DNA of 62,014 bases, counting the filler, from Nemertoderma westbladi (lineage: Eukaryota > Animalia > Xenacoelomorpha): assembly GCA_032718475.1 (NCBI GenBank). It is 4 parts of 4 records of this genome, joined end to end, with 100 filler letters (N's around TTAATTAATTAA, not from the genome) between each part and the next. Parts side by side here need not be neighbours in the genome. Positions count along the whole stretch, not along the records: positions 41,755 to 53,278 come from JAUCBJ010003851.1; positions 53,379 to 62,014 come from JAUCBJ010000843.1; 2 more parts are not named here. One strand, given 5' to 3'. The notes beneath the pieces are model-generated. The model did not search any database. It had not been told where the DNA came from and was given only the letters and a program-made list of their open reading frames with translations. This document shows positions 50,076 to 61,991 of the stretch, piece after piece. A program made the position numbers and the translations under genes. Each line of letters starts with the position of its first letter. The first letter of the stretch is position 1.

Positions 50076-51395
50076 CCTTCCACCCCATTCTGTAATAATA
50101 TAACTACCTCAGTAACTTATAAAACTAAACTAGCACCAAACACTACACCTAACCCCGTTTTCTCAGATCCAATAATAACGACCCCAATATCTAACCTTAC
50201 ACCTCCTGATTCCAACATCAATATTCCAGAAACTATCCTATCTATCTCAGATCCTAATATAACCATAACTAACGAAACTACCTCAACCTCGGATCCAAAC
50301 ATAACCCCCCCAGACGATAATACAACTTACCCTATTCCATTCTACAAACGGTTTGTTGACGACAGCTATGGTATAGTACAACGTGTATTAAGTGAACAGG
50401 ACATTCACAACATACAGAAAATCACAATCTCCTCTTGTAACGACTTATTCCAAAACTCTGATATACAATTCACCATTGAATACTCCCACACATCACTCCC
50501 ATTCCTTGACGTCTTGACACAGATTAACAACGAAACACTAACAACTACATTATACAAAAAACCAACTAGCAATAAACTCCCGATTCACTACAATAGCTTC
50601 CATGATAAGAAATTACTACTATCCGTAATTCGTAGCCAACTCCTACGCATCCACCGCAGATGTAGCGAGTCTAACGACTATACCAAACTCAGAGACGAAT
50701 TCCTTGGCGAATGTCTACTCAGGCAGTACCCCCAGAACCTCCTTAACAAACTTAGACAATGGACTCCCCAAACTAGACCTAAAGACACCAACTCGAAACC
50801 CACATTTTACTTATCCACCAACCAACAGATGAAGGGCGTGTTCCAAAATACTGTACGTAGATACTCCAAAAACTACGACCTTGACATCAACATTAATGTA
50901 GTCACGAAGAATCCCACATCACTAGGACAAATACTAACCAAAAATAAAACTCAATTGCAAACACACACAAATAACACCACTAATGAGCCATGTAACTCTA
51001 GCCGCTGCCTTACATGCAAAACTATCACTGACATACAACAGACCCCATGGGGTGAAAAGATAAAAGGACACTATACATGTAAGTCCCACACTGTATGTTA
51101 CTTGGCCTGGTGCCACTGCCACCCTACTCTATACTACATAGGCCAAACGAGACAGAAACTTCACGAACGCTTTAATGGACACCGCAACAACATACGACAC
51201 TACCCCTCACGAGCCAATGACGGAAAAACACACGAAGACATACTCCTAGCTAGGCACATATACGGTTGTGGTTTAGAAAATCTACGCACCGCAACTATAA
51301 AACAATTCACAAACATACCCGAACTACTAGCGACGGAAGCTAACCTAATCTATACATACAACCCCCCACTTAACGTAGCAAGACCAGCCATCTAA
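49551..51395 (+). CDS. Open 3' part of the Penelope ORF: Thr/Pro-rich insert, RT motifs C-E and thumb, Cys linker, GIY-YIG endonuclease
   Basis: The frame of ORF 50514-51395 reads open upstream through FVDD (50352) and the TTPETNI repeats to 49551; RT motif B' at 49080-49250 is in the same frame. Confidence 0.8.
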   Translation, partial: TTITTHVTNTTTHETNITTPKTTLTTHETNITTPDINITTPGTNITTPGTNRTTPETTISTHETNITTPGTTLSTHETNITTPETNETNITTPETTISTHETNKTTPDTNETNITTPETTISTHGTNINTPETNETNITTPETTISTHGTNINTPETNKTNITTPGTNITTPEPTPSTPFCNNITTSVTYKTKLAPNTTPNPVFSDPIITTPISNLTPPDSNINIPETILSISDPNITITNETTSTSDPNITPPDDNTTYPIPFYKRFVDDSYGIVQRVLSEQDIHNIQKITISSCNDLFQNSDIQFTIEYSHTSLPFLDVLTQINNETLTTTLYKKPTSNKLPIHYNSFHDKKLLLSVIRSQLLRIHRRCSESNDYTKLRDEFLGECLLRQYPQNLLNKLRQWTPQTRPKDTNSKPTFYLSTNQQMKGVFQNTVRRYSKNYDLDININVVTKNPTSLGQILTKNKTQLQTHTNNTTNEPCNSSRCLTCKTITDIQQTPWGEKIKGHYTCKSHTVCYLAWCHCHPTLYYIGQTRQKLHERFNGHRNNIRHYPSRANDGKTHEDILLARHIYGCGLENLRTATIKQFTNIPELLATEANLIYTYNPPLNVARPAI

Positions 51396-51923
51396 ACCCA
51401 ACGTTTTATATATTATACCCTATATTCTATATCTTACACAACTACAGTGCCCTCTATAGCGAATTTCAGGGTTTTTATGTGCTTTTCCCCTATCTTCTTT
51501 TTTGTTTTTGTCTTCGGTTTTTCTGTTTCTTGTAATTTTCTTACTCTGTAAAAATTCCCCGGCAATATGTAGACAGTTATCACTATGCTGTATTCTACCT
51601 AACCATACGCTTTAAGTAGATAGCTCATAATCCTATGTAACCTACCTTATCCAACTATACCATTCAGTATGTAGACACATGACCACTCCTGGGATTTCCC
51701 TATCAACTTCTCCCAACCTTGTAACCCAACCTGTAACCCTATATTTGTACTTTAGATTGACAGCTCACAACTAACTCGGTGAATTTTCCCTATCACAATT
51801 ACCTTACAGTTATACAGTACATACATAACGTTAACCTTTCTGGGATTCACCTATCAGGTATTCCCCTTTAAAACTTATATATATATATATAGACCCCCAC
51901 CTTTTCCTGTTAGTTGCCAGTAC

Positions 51924-51963
51924 ATAGTCTGATGCAGACCGGTAGGTCGAAAATGTTTACTAT
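51924..51963 (+). ncRNA. Minimal type I hammerhead ribozyme-like motif in the 3' pLTR
   Basis: ATAGT CTGATG CA GACC GGTA GGTC GAAA ATGT TT ACTAT; one substitution in stem III relative to the 5' copy. Confidence 0.7.
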
Positions 51964-52507
51964 TGTATCTTTATTTAATAAAATATAACCAGCTAAAGGA
52001 CCCTCAATACTTTATATTTTTTTATCATCTTTACACTATGCTGCCGCTGGTGAATGCCTACCACTTCATCCGTTCGTTTAATACATCCTGTACATACAAT
52101 ACAGCAAAATAGTGCTATATATACTAATACCGGTACTGATAGCCAGAGAGAACAGCAGTAGAGAAACCGGTAGCATGGAACCTAACATTAGACTTTTGGA
52201 GGACATAAAAAATAAAAAAAAAAAAGGACAAAAAAAGGATTTAAACGGACAATAACAATTATTGCGGTTATTTAATGCGATACTGATTTATTGTTACCCC
52301 ACCCAGTTAGACCGAATTCATGTAAATGCTGAAAGATATATTGACATCCAAGGTTCCACGTCCAACCTCCTAGCTCCTAACTTGGACTTGTAAATAGCGA
52401 TTTCTTCACTTTGAATAGTGCCGATGGGTAAATGCTGTAGAAAACATTCTTAACTGGATTATAAAGTTACAATTTAATGTAACCGTATAGGGTGGCTGAC
52501 TTGTAGT

Positions 52508-52515
52508 TGACGTCA
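52508..52515. promoter_or_regulatory. CRE/ATF palindrome TGACGTCA upstream of the BRCT exon
   Basis: Exact consensus about 80-110 bp before the candidate ATGs (52593 and 52621). Confidence 0.4.
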
Positions 52516-52620
52516 CAATACACTACTACAGTACTATATTACCGCTACCGGTATTGGTATACTGGTATAGGCCTAGCGAACTATTCGCTTACGATGACAA
52601 TAATTACGACTACCGGTACT

Positions 52621-52935
52621 ATGTCTGGCATAGTAACCGCTCCTCAAAAGACCAAATTATCGGGAAATTTGAAGTCTTCTCAAGGGAAAATATTGTCAAC
52701 ATTGTCTGTAGTTGAAACATCAACTAAAGAAAACAAATTATTGAGCATAAGAAGATCTCCGAATAATGTATCGGATATTACCAATGCTTCCCACATCCAG
52801 AAGAGGACGAAGCTATTATTTTCTGGTTTGCTAATTTCCGTAGATTTAAGCAGCTTACCATATAAAGAGAAGAAATTGGTCGTTGAACGTATTACTAATA
52901 ATGGTGGAACTGTATCATATATTGTTACGAGGAAG
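52621..52935 (+). CDS. PARP4: First coding exon of a BRCT-domain protein, PARP4 (vault PARP)-like
   Basis: LFSGLLISVDLSSLPYKEKKLVVERITNNGGTVSYIVTRK aligns by eye with the PARP4 N-terminal BRCT (IFANCIFCLKVKYLPQQQKKKLQTDIKENGGKFSFSLNPQ). Phase-0 donor AAG|GTTTGT at 52935/52936. Start codon uncertain; no further exons seen. Confidence 0.62.
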
Positions 52936-53278
52936 GTTTGTATATTATTGCACAGTATTAATTATGGGACAGGGGGAAACCGGACGCAAACCCATCTCGG
53001 CAAATTAATTAATATTTCGTCTAAATGTTAAATTACCAATATAGGGAAAGGAGCAGGTTACTCTTTCTAAAACAAAACAATAAACTAAAGACAATAGAAA
53101 AATAGAAAAGGTTAGGCCTACAGTTTTATTTTATTGAGTATTCATCTGTAGTTTGGGTTGATTTCCCCTGGAGACGGATGAATTTTGTCCCTGACCCCGA
53201 AATATATTATGACGAGCGAGCAAAGGCAATAAAGGGTCATAAGGGAAAAGGGGAATTTTTTTTTAACATATTAATAAA

Positions 53279-53378
53279 NNNNNNNNNNNNNNNNNNNNNN
53301 NNNNNNNNNNNNNNNNNNNNNNTTAATTAATTAANNNNNNNNNNNNNNNNNNNNNNNNNNNNNNNNNNNNNNNNNNNN
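53279..53378. other. Assembly gap spacer
   Basis: N-run, TTAATTAATTAA, N-run. Confidence 0.95.
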
Positions 53379-53781
53379 AGTAATTAACTTGAATCCGCGT
53401 TTTACAACCCTTCCCGGATCCAATAAAACATGGTAATTAACTTGAATCCGCGTTTTACACCCCTTCCCGGATTTAATAAAACTTTGTAATAAACCTGAAT
53501 CCGTATTTTACACCCAATCCCGGATTCAGTAGAAAAATGAATCCGCGTTTTACACTCCGTTCAGGATTTAGCCTAAAACATGAATCCGCGCTTTACACTC
53601 CGTTCCGGATCTGAAAAAAAGGCCAATCCGCATTTTACACTCGGTTACGGATTCGGTAAATTTAGCAGTGCACGGATCCGCAGATTACACCCTAAAAATG
53701 TAAATTCAGTCGACTTCCATAGGGACAATGTTAAATGATAGAATCCGGATCCTGATCCGGATCCGCGTTTTACTCTGACCC
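53379..53781. repeat. Degenerate GAATCCGCGTTTTACAC...CCGGAT repeats, probably the end of a non-autonomous DNA element
   Basis: About 8 diverged 43-55-bp units ending ...TTTTACTCTGACCC. Confidence 0.6.
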
Positions 53782-56700
53782 TCTAAACCTTGGGTAAAAT
53801 TTGGGTTAACAAACTGTCTAAACCTTGGGTAAAATTTGAGTTGTCCTTAACAAACTGTCTAAACCTTGGGTAAAATTTGGGTTGTCCTTAACAAACTGTC
53901 TAAACCTTGGGTAAAATTTGGGTTGTCCTTAACAAACTTTTTAAACCTTGGGGAAAATTTGGGTTGTCCTTAACAAATTGTCTAAACCTTGGGTAAAATT
54001 TGGGTTGTCTTTAACAAACTGTCTAAACCTTGGGTAAAATTTGAGTTTTCCTTAACAAACTGTCTAAACCTTGGGTAAAATTTGGGTTGTCCTTAACAAA
54101 CTGTCTAAACCTTGGGTAAAATTTGGGTTGTCTTTAACAAACTGTCTAAACCTTGGGTAAAATTTGGGTTGTCCTTAACAAACTTTTTAAACCTTGGGGA
54201 AAATTTGGGTTGTCCTTAACAAATTGTCTAAACCTTGGGTAAAATTTGGGTTGTCTTTAACAAACTGTCTAAACCTTGGGTAAAATTTGGGTTGTCTTTA
54301 ACAAACTGTCTAAACCTTGGGTAAAATTTGAGTTGTCCTTAACAAACTGTCTAAACCTAGGGGAAATTTTGGGTTGTCCTTAACAAACTGTCTAAACCTA
54401 GGGTAAAATTTGGGTTGTCCTTAACAAACTGTCTAAACCTTGGGTAAAATTTGGGTTGTCCTTAACAAACTGTCTAAACCTTGGGTAAAATTTGGGTTGT
54501 CCTTAACAAACTGTGTAAACCTAGGGGAAATTTTGGGTTGTCCTTAACAAATTGTCTAAACCTTGGGTAAAATTTGGGTTGTCCTTAACAAACTGTCTAA
54601 ACCTAGGGTAAAATTTGGGTTGTCCTTAACAAACTGTCTAAACCTAGGGTAAAATTTGGGTTGTCCTTAACAAACTGTCTAAACCTTGGGTAAAATTTGG
54701 GTTGTCCTAAACAAACTGTCTAAACCTTGGGTAAAATTTGGGTTGTCCTTAACAAACTGTGTAAACCTGGGGGAAATTTTGGGTTGTCCTTAACAAATTG
54801 TCTAAACCTTGGGTAAAATTTGGGTTGTCCTTAACAAACTGTCTAAACCTTGGGTAAAATTTGGGTTGTCCTTAACAAACTGTCTAAACCTTGGGTAAAA
54901 TTTGAGTTGTCCTTAACAAACTGTCTAAACCTAGGGTAAAATTTGGGTTGTCCTTAACAAACTGTCTAAACCTTGGGTAAAATTTGGGTTGTCTTTAACA
55001 AACTGTCTAAACCTTTGGTAAAATTTGGGTTGTCCTTAACAAACTGTCTAAACCTAGGGTAAAATTTGAGTTGTCCTTAACAAACTGTCTAAACCTTGGG
55101 TAAAATTTGAGTTGTCCTTAACAAACTGTCTAAACCTAGGGTAAAATTTGGGTTGTCCTTAACAAACTTTTTAAACCTTGGGGAAAATTTGGGTTGTCCT
55201 TAACAAACTTTTTAAACCTTGGGGAAAATTTGGGTTGTCCTTAACAAATTGTCTAAACCTAGGGTAAAATTTGGGTTGTCCTTAACAAACTGTCTAAACC
55301 TTGGGTAAAATTTGAGTTGTCCTTAACAAACTGTCTAAACCTAGGGTAAAATTTGGGTTGTCCTTAACAAACTGTCTAAACCTTGGGTAAAATTTGGGTT
55401 GTCTTTAACAAACTGTCTAAACCTTTGGTAAAATTTGGGTTGTCCTTAACAAACTGTCTAAACCTAGGGTAAAATTTGAGTTGTCCTTAACAAACTGTCT
55501 AAACCTTGGGTAAAATTTGAGTTGTCCTTAACAAACTGTCTAAACCTAGGGTAAAATTTGGGTTGTCCTTAACAAACTTTTTAAACCTTGGGGAAAATTT
55601 GGGTTATCCTTAACAAACTTTTTAAACCTTGGGGAAAATTTGGGTTGTCCTTAACAAATTGTCTAAACCTAGGGTAAAATTTGGGTTGTCCTTAACAAAC
55701 TGTCTAAACCTTGGGTAAAATTTGGGTTGTCTTTAACAAACTGTCTAAACCTTTGGTAAAATTTGGGTTGTCCTTAACAAACTGTCTAAACCTAGGGTAA
55801 AATTTGAGTTGTCCTTAACAAACTGTCTAAACCTTGGGTAAAATTTGAGTTGTCCTTAACAAACTGTCTAAACCTAGGGTAAAATTTGGGTTGTCCTTAA
55901 CAAACTTTTTAAACCTTGGGGAAAATTTGGGTTATCCTTAACAAACTTTTTAAACCTTGGGGAAAATTTGGGTTGTCCTTAACAAATTGTCTAAACCTAG
56001 GGTAAAATTTGGGTTGTCCTTAACAAACTGTCTAAACCTTGGGTAAAATTTGGGTTGTCCTTAACAAACTGTCTAAACCTTGGGTAAAATTTGGGTTGTC
56101 CTTAACAAACTGTCTAAACCTTGGGTAAAATTTGGGTTGTCCTTAACAAACTGTCTAAACCTTGGGTAAAATTTGGGTTGTCCTTAACAAACTGTCTAAA
56201 CCTTGGGTAAAATTTGGGTTGTCCTTAACAAACTGTCTAAACCTTGGGTAAAATTTGGGTTGTCCTTAACAAACTGTCTAAACCTAGGGTAAAATTTGGG
56301 TTGTCCTTAACAAACTGTCTAAACCTTGGGTAAAATTTGGGTTGTCCTTAACAAACTGTCTAAACCTTGGGTAAAATTTGGGTTGTCCTTAACAAACTGT
56401 CTAAACCTTGGGTAAAATTTGGGTTGTCCTTAACAAACTGTCTAAACCTTGGGTAAAATTTGGGTTGTCCTTAACAAACTGTCTAAACCTTGGGTAAAAT
56501 TTGGGTTGTCCTTAACAAACTGTCTAAACCTTGGGTAAAATTTGGGTTGTCCTTAACAAACTGTCTAAACCTTGGGTAAAATTTGGGTTGTCCTTAACAA
56601 ACTGTCTAAACCTTGGGTAAAATTTGGGTTGTCCTTAACAAACTGTCTAAACCTTGGGTAAAATTTGGGTTGTCCTTAACAAATTGTCTAAACCTAGGGT

Positions 56701-59700
56701 AAAATTTGGGTTGTCCTTAACAAACTGTCTAAACCTTGGGTAAAATTTGGGTTGTCCTTAACAAACTGTCTAAACCTTGGGTAAAATTTGGGTTGTCCTT
56801 AACAAACTGTCTAAACCTAGGGTAAAATTTGAGTTGTCCTTAACAAACTGTCTAAACCTTGGGTAAAATTTGAGTTGTCCTTAACAAACTGTCTAAACCT
56901 AGGGTAAAATTTGGGTTGTCCTTAACAAACTTTTTAAACCTTGGGGAAAATTTGGGTTATCCTTAACAAACTTTCTAAACCTTGGGTAAAATTTGGGTTG
57001 TCCTTAACAAACTGTCTAAACCTAGGGTAAAATTTGGGTTGTCCTTAACAAACTGTCTAAACCTTGGGTAAAATTTGGGTTGTCCTTAACAAACTGTCTA
57101 AACCTTGGGTAAAATTTGGGTTGTCCTTAACAAACTGTCTAAACCTTGGGTAAAATTTGGGTTGTCCTTAACAAACTGTCTAAACCTTGGGTAAAATTTG
57201 GGTTGTCCTTAACAAACTGTCTAAACCTTGGGTAAAATTTGGGTTGTCCTTAACAAACTGTCTAAACCTTGGGTAAAATTTGGGTTGTCCTTAACAAATT
57301 GTCTAAACCTAGGGTAAAATTTGGGTTGTCCTTAACAAACTGTCTAAACCTTGGGTAAAATTTGGGTTGTCCTTAACAAACTGTCTAAACCTTGGGTAAA
57401 ATTTGGGTTGTCCTTAACAAACTGTCTAAACCTTGGGTAAAATTTGGGTTGTCCTTAACAAACTGTCTAAACCTTGGGTAAAATTTGGGTTGTCCTTAAC
57501 AAACTGTCTAAACCTTGGGTAAAATTTGGGTTGTCCTTAACAAACTGTCTAAACCTAGGGGAAATTTTGGGTTGTCCTTAACAAACTGTCTAAACCTAGG
57601 GTAAATTTTGGGTTGTCCTTAACAAACTGTCTAAACCTTGGGTAAAATTTGGGTTGTCCTTAACAAACTGTCTAAACCTTGGGTAAAATTTGGGTTGTCC
57701 TTAACAAACTGTCTAAACCTTGGGGATAATTTGGGTTGTCCTTAACAAACTGTCTAAACCTTTGGTAAAATTTGGGTTGTCCTTAACAAACTGTCTAAAC
57801 CTAGGGGAAATTTTGGGTTGTCCTTAACAAACTGTCTAAACCTTGGGTAAAATTTGGGTTGTCCTTAACAAACTGTCTAAACCTAGGGTAAAATTTGGGT
57901 TGTCCTTAACAAACTTTTTAAACCTTGGGGAAAATTTGGGTTATCCTTAACAAACTTTTTAAACCTTGGGGAAAATTTGGGTTGTCCTTAACAAATTGTC
58001 TAAACCTAGGGTAAAATTTGGGTTGTCCTTAACAAACTGTCTAAACCTTGGGGAAAATTTGGGTTGTCCTTAACAAATTGTCTAAACCTAGGGTAAAATT
58101 TGGGTTGTCCTTAACAAACTGTCTAAACCTTGGGTAAAATTTGGGTTGTCTTTAACAAACTGTCTAAACCTTTGGTAAAATTTGGGTTGTCCTTAACAAA
58201 CTGTCTAAACCTAGGGTAAAATTTGAGTTGTCCTTAACAAACTGTCTAAACCTTGGGTAAAATTTGAGTTGTCCTTAACAAACTGTCTAAACCTAGGGTA
58301 AAATTTGGGTTGTCCTTAACAAACTTTTTAAACCTTGGGGAAAATTTGGGTTATCCTTAACAAACTTTTTAAACCTTGGGGAAAATTTGGGTTGTCCTTA
58401 ACAAATTGTCTAAACCTAGGGTAAAATTTGGGTTGTCCTTAACAAACTGTCTAAACCTTGGGTAAAATTTGGGTTGTCCTTAACAAACTGTCTAAACCTT
58501 GGGTAAAATTTGGGTTGTCCTTAACAAACTGTCTAAACCTTGGGTAAAATTTGGGTTGTCCTTAACAAACTGTCTAAACCTTGGGTAAAATTTGGGTTGT
58601 CCTTAACAAACTGTCTAAACCTAGGGTAAAATTTGAGTTGTTCTTAACAAACTGTCTAAACCTTGGGTAAAATTTGAGTTGTCCTTAACAAACTGTCTAA
58701 ACCTAGGGTAAAATTTGGGTTGTCCTTAACAAACTTTTTAAACCTTGGGGAAAATTTGGGTTATCCTTAACAAACTTTTTAAACCTTGGGGAAAATTTGG
58801 GTTGTCCTTAACAAATTGTCTAAACCTAGGGTAAAATTTGGGTTGTCCTTAACAAACTGTCTAAACCTTGGGTAAAATTTGGGTTGTCCTTAACAAACTG
58901 TCTAAACCTTGGGTAAAATTTGGGTTGTCCTTAACAAACTGTCTAAACCTTGGGTAAAATTTGGGTTGTCCTTAACAAACTGTCTAAACCTTGGGTAAAA
59001 TTTGGGTTGTCCTTAACAAACTGTCTAAACCTTGGGTAAAATTTGGGTTGTCCTTAACAAACTGTCTAAACCTTGCGTAAAATTTGGGTTGTCCTTAACA
59101 AATTGTCTAAACCTAGGGTAAAATTTGGGTTGTCCTTAACAAACTGTCTAAACCTTGGGTAAAATTTGGGTTGTCCTTAACAAACTGTCTAAACCTTGGG
59201 TAAAATTTGGGTTGTCCTTAACAAACTGTCTAAACCTTGGGTAAAATTTGGGTTGTCCTTAACAAACTGTCTAAACCTTGGGTAAAATTTGAGTTGTCCT
59301 TAACAAACTGTCTAAACCTTTGGTAAAATTTGGGTTGTCCTTAACAAACTGTCTAAACCTAGGGGAAATTTTGGGTTGTCCTTAACAAACTGTCTAAACC
59401 TAGGGTAAATTTTGGGTTGTCCTTAACAAACTGTCTAAACCTTGGGTAAAATTTGGGTTGTCCTTAACAAACTGTCTAAACCTTGGGTAAAATTTGGGTT
59501 GTCCTTAACAAACTGTCTAAACCTTGGGGAAAATTTGAGTTGTCCTTAACAAACTGTCTAAACCTTTGGTAAAATTTGGGTTGTCCTTAACAAACTGTCT
59601 AAACCTAGGGGAAATTTTGGGTTGTCCTTAACAAACTGTCTAAACCTTGGGTAAAATTTGGGTTGTCCTTAACAAACTGTCTAAACCTTGGGTAAAATTT

Positions 59701-60985
59701 GGGTTGTCCTTAACAAACTGTCTAAACCTAGGGGAAATTTTGGGTTGTCCTTAACAAACTGTCTAAACCTAGGGTAAATTTTGGGTTGTCCTTAACAAAC
59801 TGTCTAAACCTTGGGTAAAATTTGGGTTGTCCATAACAAACTGTGTAAACCTAGGGGAAATTTTGGGTTGTCCTTAACAAACTGTCTAAACCTTGGGTAA
59901 AATTTGGGTTGTCCTTAACAAACTGTCTAAACCTAGGGGAAATTTTGGGTTGTCCTTAACAAAATGTCTAAACCTTGGGTAAAATTTGGGTTGTCCTTAA
60001 CAAACTGTCTAAACCTTGGGTAAAATTTGGGTTGTCCTTAACAAATTGTCTAAATCTAGGGTAAAATTTGGGTTGTCCTTAACAAACTGTCTAAACCTTG
60101 GGTAAAATTTGGGTTGTCCTTAACAAACTGTCTAAACCTTGGGTAAAATTTGGGTTGTCCTTAACAAACTGTCTAAACCTAGGGGAAATTTTGGGTTGTC
60201 CTTAACAAACTGTCTAAACCTTGGATAAAATTTGGGTTGTCCTTAACAAACTGTCTAAACCTAGGGGAAATTTTGGGTTGTCCTTAATAAACTGTCTAAA
60301 CCTTGGGTAAAATTTGGGTTGTCCATAACAAACTGTGTAAACCTAGGGGAAATTTTGGGTTGTCCTTAACAAACTGTCTAAACCTTGGATAAAATTTGGG
60401 TTGTCCTTAACAAACTGTCTAAACCTAGGGGAAATTTTGGGTTGTCCTTAACAAGCTGTCTAAAGCTTGGGTAAAATTTGGGTTGTCCTTAACAAACTGT
60501 CTAAACCTAGGGGAAATTTTGGGTTGTCCTTAACAAACTGTCTAAACCTTGGATAAAATTTGGGTTGTCCTTAACAAACTGTCTAAACCTAGTGGAAATT
60601 TTGGGTTGTCCTTAACAAACTGTCTAAACCTTGGGGAAATTTTGGGTTGTCCTTAACAAACTGTCTAAACCTTGGGTAAAATTTGGGTTGTCCATAACAA
60701 ACTGTGTAAACCTAGGGGAAATTTTGGGTTGTCCTTAACAAACTGTCTAAACCTTGGGTAAAATTTGGGTTGTCCAAAAACAAACTGACTAAACCTTGGG
60801 TAAAATTTGGGTTGTCCTTAACAAACTGTGTAAACATAGGGGAAATTTTGGGTTGTCCTTAACAAACTGTCTAAACCTTTGGTAAAATTTGGGTTGTCCT
60901 TAACAAACTGTCTAAACCTTTGGTAAAATTTGGGTTGTCCTTAACAAACTGTCTAAACCTAGGGTAAAATTTGGGTTGTCCTTAA
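53782..60985. repeat. Satellite, 41-bp unit AAACCTTGGGTAAAATTTGGGTTGTCCTTAACAAACTGTCT, about 175 copies
   Basis: Period 41 (56041 to 56082); homogeneous centre with higher-order variant blocks; resumes at 61992-62014. Confidence 0.98.
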
Positions 60986-61991
60986 AGTGCACCAGACCAT
61001 AATTATACGCTCCCCTAGACGATAAGTTAAGAATAACAATTTTCATGTACCTGTATCTCAAGAATGGCTAGACCAATTGGTCTGAAATTTTCACCACATA
61101 GTTTGTGATAGATGATCTCCATTTGGAACTACAATCAGTGAGATAACACGAAGGGTTCTCTAGATATCCATGAAACCATTTTTTTGCCATTCATAATTTA
61201 GGCAATTTCTCTACTAAACAAAAACTGATACCCAGAAGTTAAAGATTCTAGTTCCAATTAATGCATAACGTTCACCGAAGCAACACAGAAAATTTCAGCC
61301 AAAACCATTCCGGGGTATCTTCAGATATAGGTACATGAGCAATCCATCCTTCGCGAAAACATGATTCCGAGTAAATCAAGTTTAAAGTTCGGAGTTTAGA
61401 AAAAATCACCAAGAGTAAAATATAACATATATAATGCGATTTCTCAAGATTCAAGAGGTATTAGGTAATATAAATGATGACTATGATGACTGAGAGAGCT
61501 GTTGATAAAGGATTGTTCAACATTATTAACTAGAATTGACCAGCCCCATATTCACTATCATCTTCTTCATCGACTCGCTCCTTCCTTTTCTTGTCTCCTT
61601 TTGCCGAAGATTCTATCTTAAATAATTCACTATTGGCTTTGTCTACTCGAATTCTATCAAGATAAGAGAGACCATTCATACAATTAGATCCAGGAACAAT
61701 TCCCATATTCTTTAGAACATGAACTCTCGAAGAATTTCCATCATTGAAGCAGGATACAGCATCATATGCTCCCAGTTCTAAGGCTGTCATACAGACAAAG
61801 ACTCGTTTTGGGCATCGTGCCCAAATGACATTATTCAAACTCTCATTATTGTTCTGAGTTTTACCATGTAGGCATCTGCTCAGAAGAGTGACATCTGAAA
61901 GGTCCCTGAAGATAGGCCCTAGCTCATCCATAATAGCAATTGGTATGCTATTTTTATGGGAATATGCTTCTCCAGATATATGAATATGCTA
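60986..61991 (-). mobile_element. Truncated Kolobok-type DNA transposon inside the 41-bp satellite
   Basis: Begins TTAA|AGTGCACC at the satellite's TTAA, contains a transposase C-terminus, and the satellite resumes at TTAA (61993). Confidence 0.65.
61530..61980 (-). pseudogene. Kolobok/Mutator-like transposase C-terminal fragment
   Basis: YSHKNSIPIAIMDELGPIFRDLSD..LLSRCLHGKTQNNNESLNNVIWARCPK...AV..FNDG motif. Confidence 0.8.

Larger units (their letters stand above)
47396..52032 (+). mobile_element. Penelope-like element (Neptune type), 5'-truncated with inverted pseudo-LTR, carrying nested HINE and SINE
   Basis: 47396-47526 is the reverse complement of 51899-52032. RT motifs ISLDVVDMYTN, NYFTFDNTLYLQLRGAAMGS, YKRFVDD, IQFTIE, LPFLDV; Cys linker PCNSSRCLTC; GIY-YIG VCYLAWC...YYIGQT...ERFNGH. 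Confidence 0.92.

Noticed and set aside
49367-50083. 238-aa hydrophobic VVMLV 'membrane protein' on the minus strand
   Set aside because: Antisense shadow of the Thr-rich codon repeat that is in frame with the Penelope RT.
52507-53031. 174-aa ORF as a complete protein
   Set aside because: Starts at TTG in footprint-rich 5' sequence and reads through a splice donor at 52936; only the BRCT-containing exon is supported.
53782-60985. Telomeric repeat (TTGGG/TAGGG words)
   Set aside because: The words are embedded in a 41-bp unit; there is no (TTAGGG)n array.
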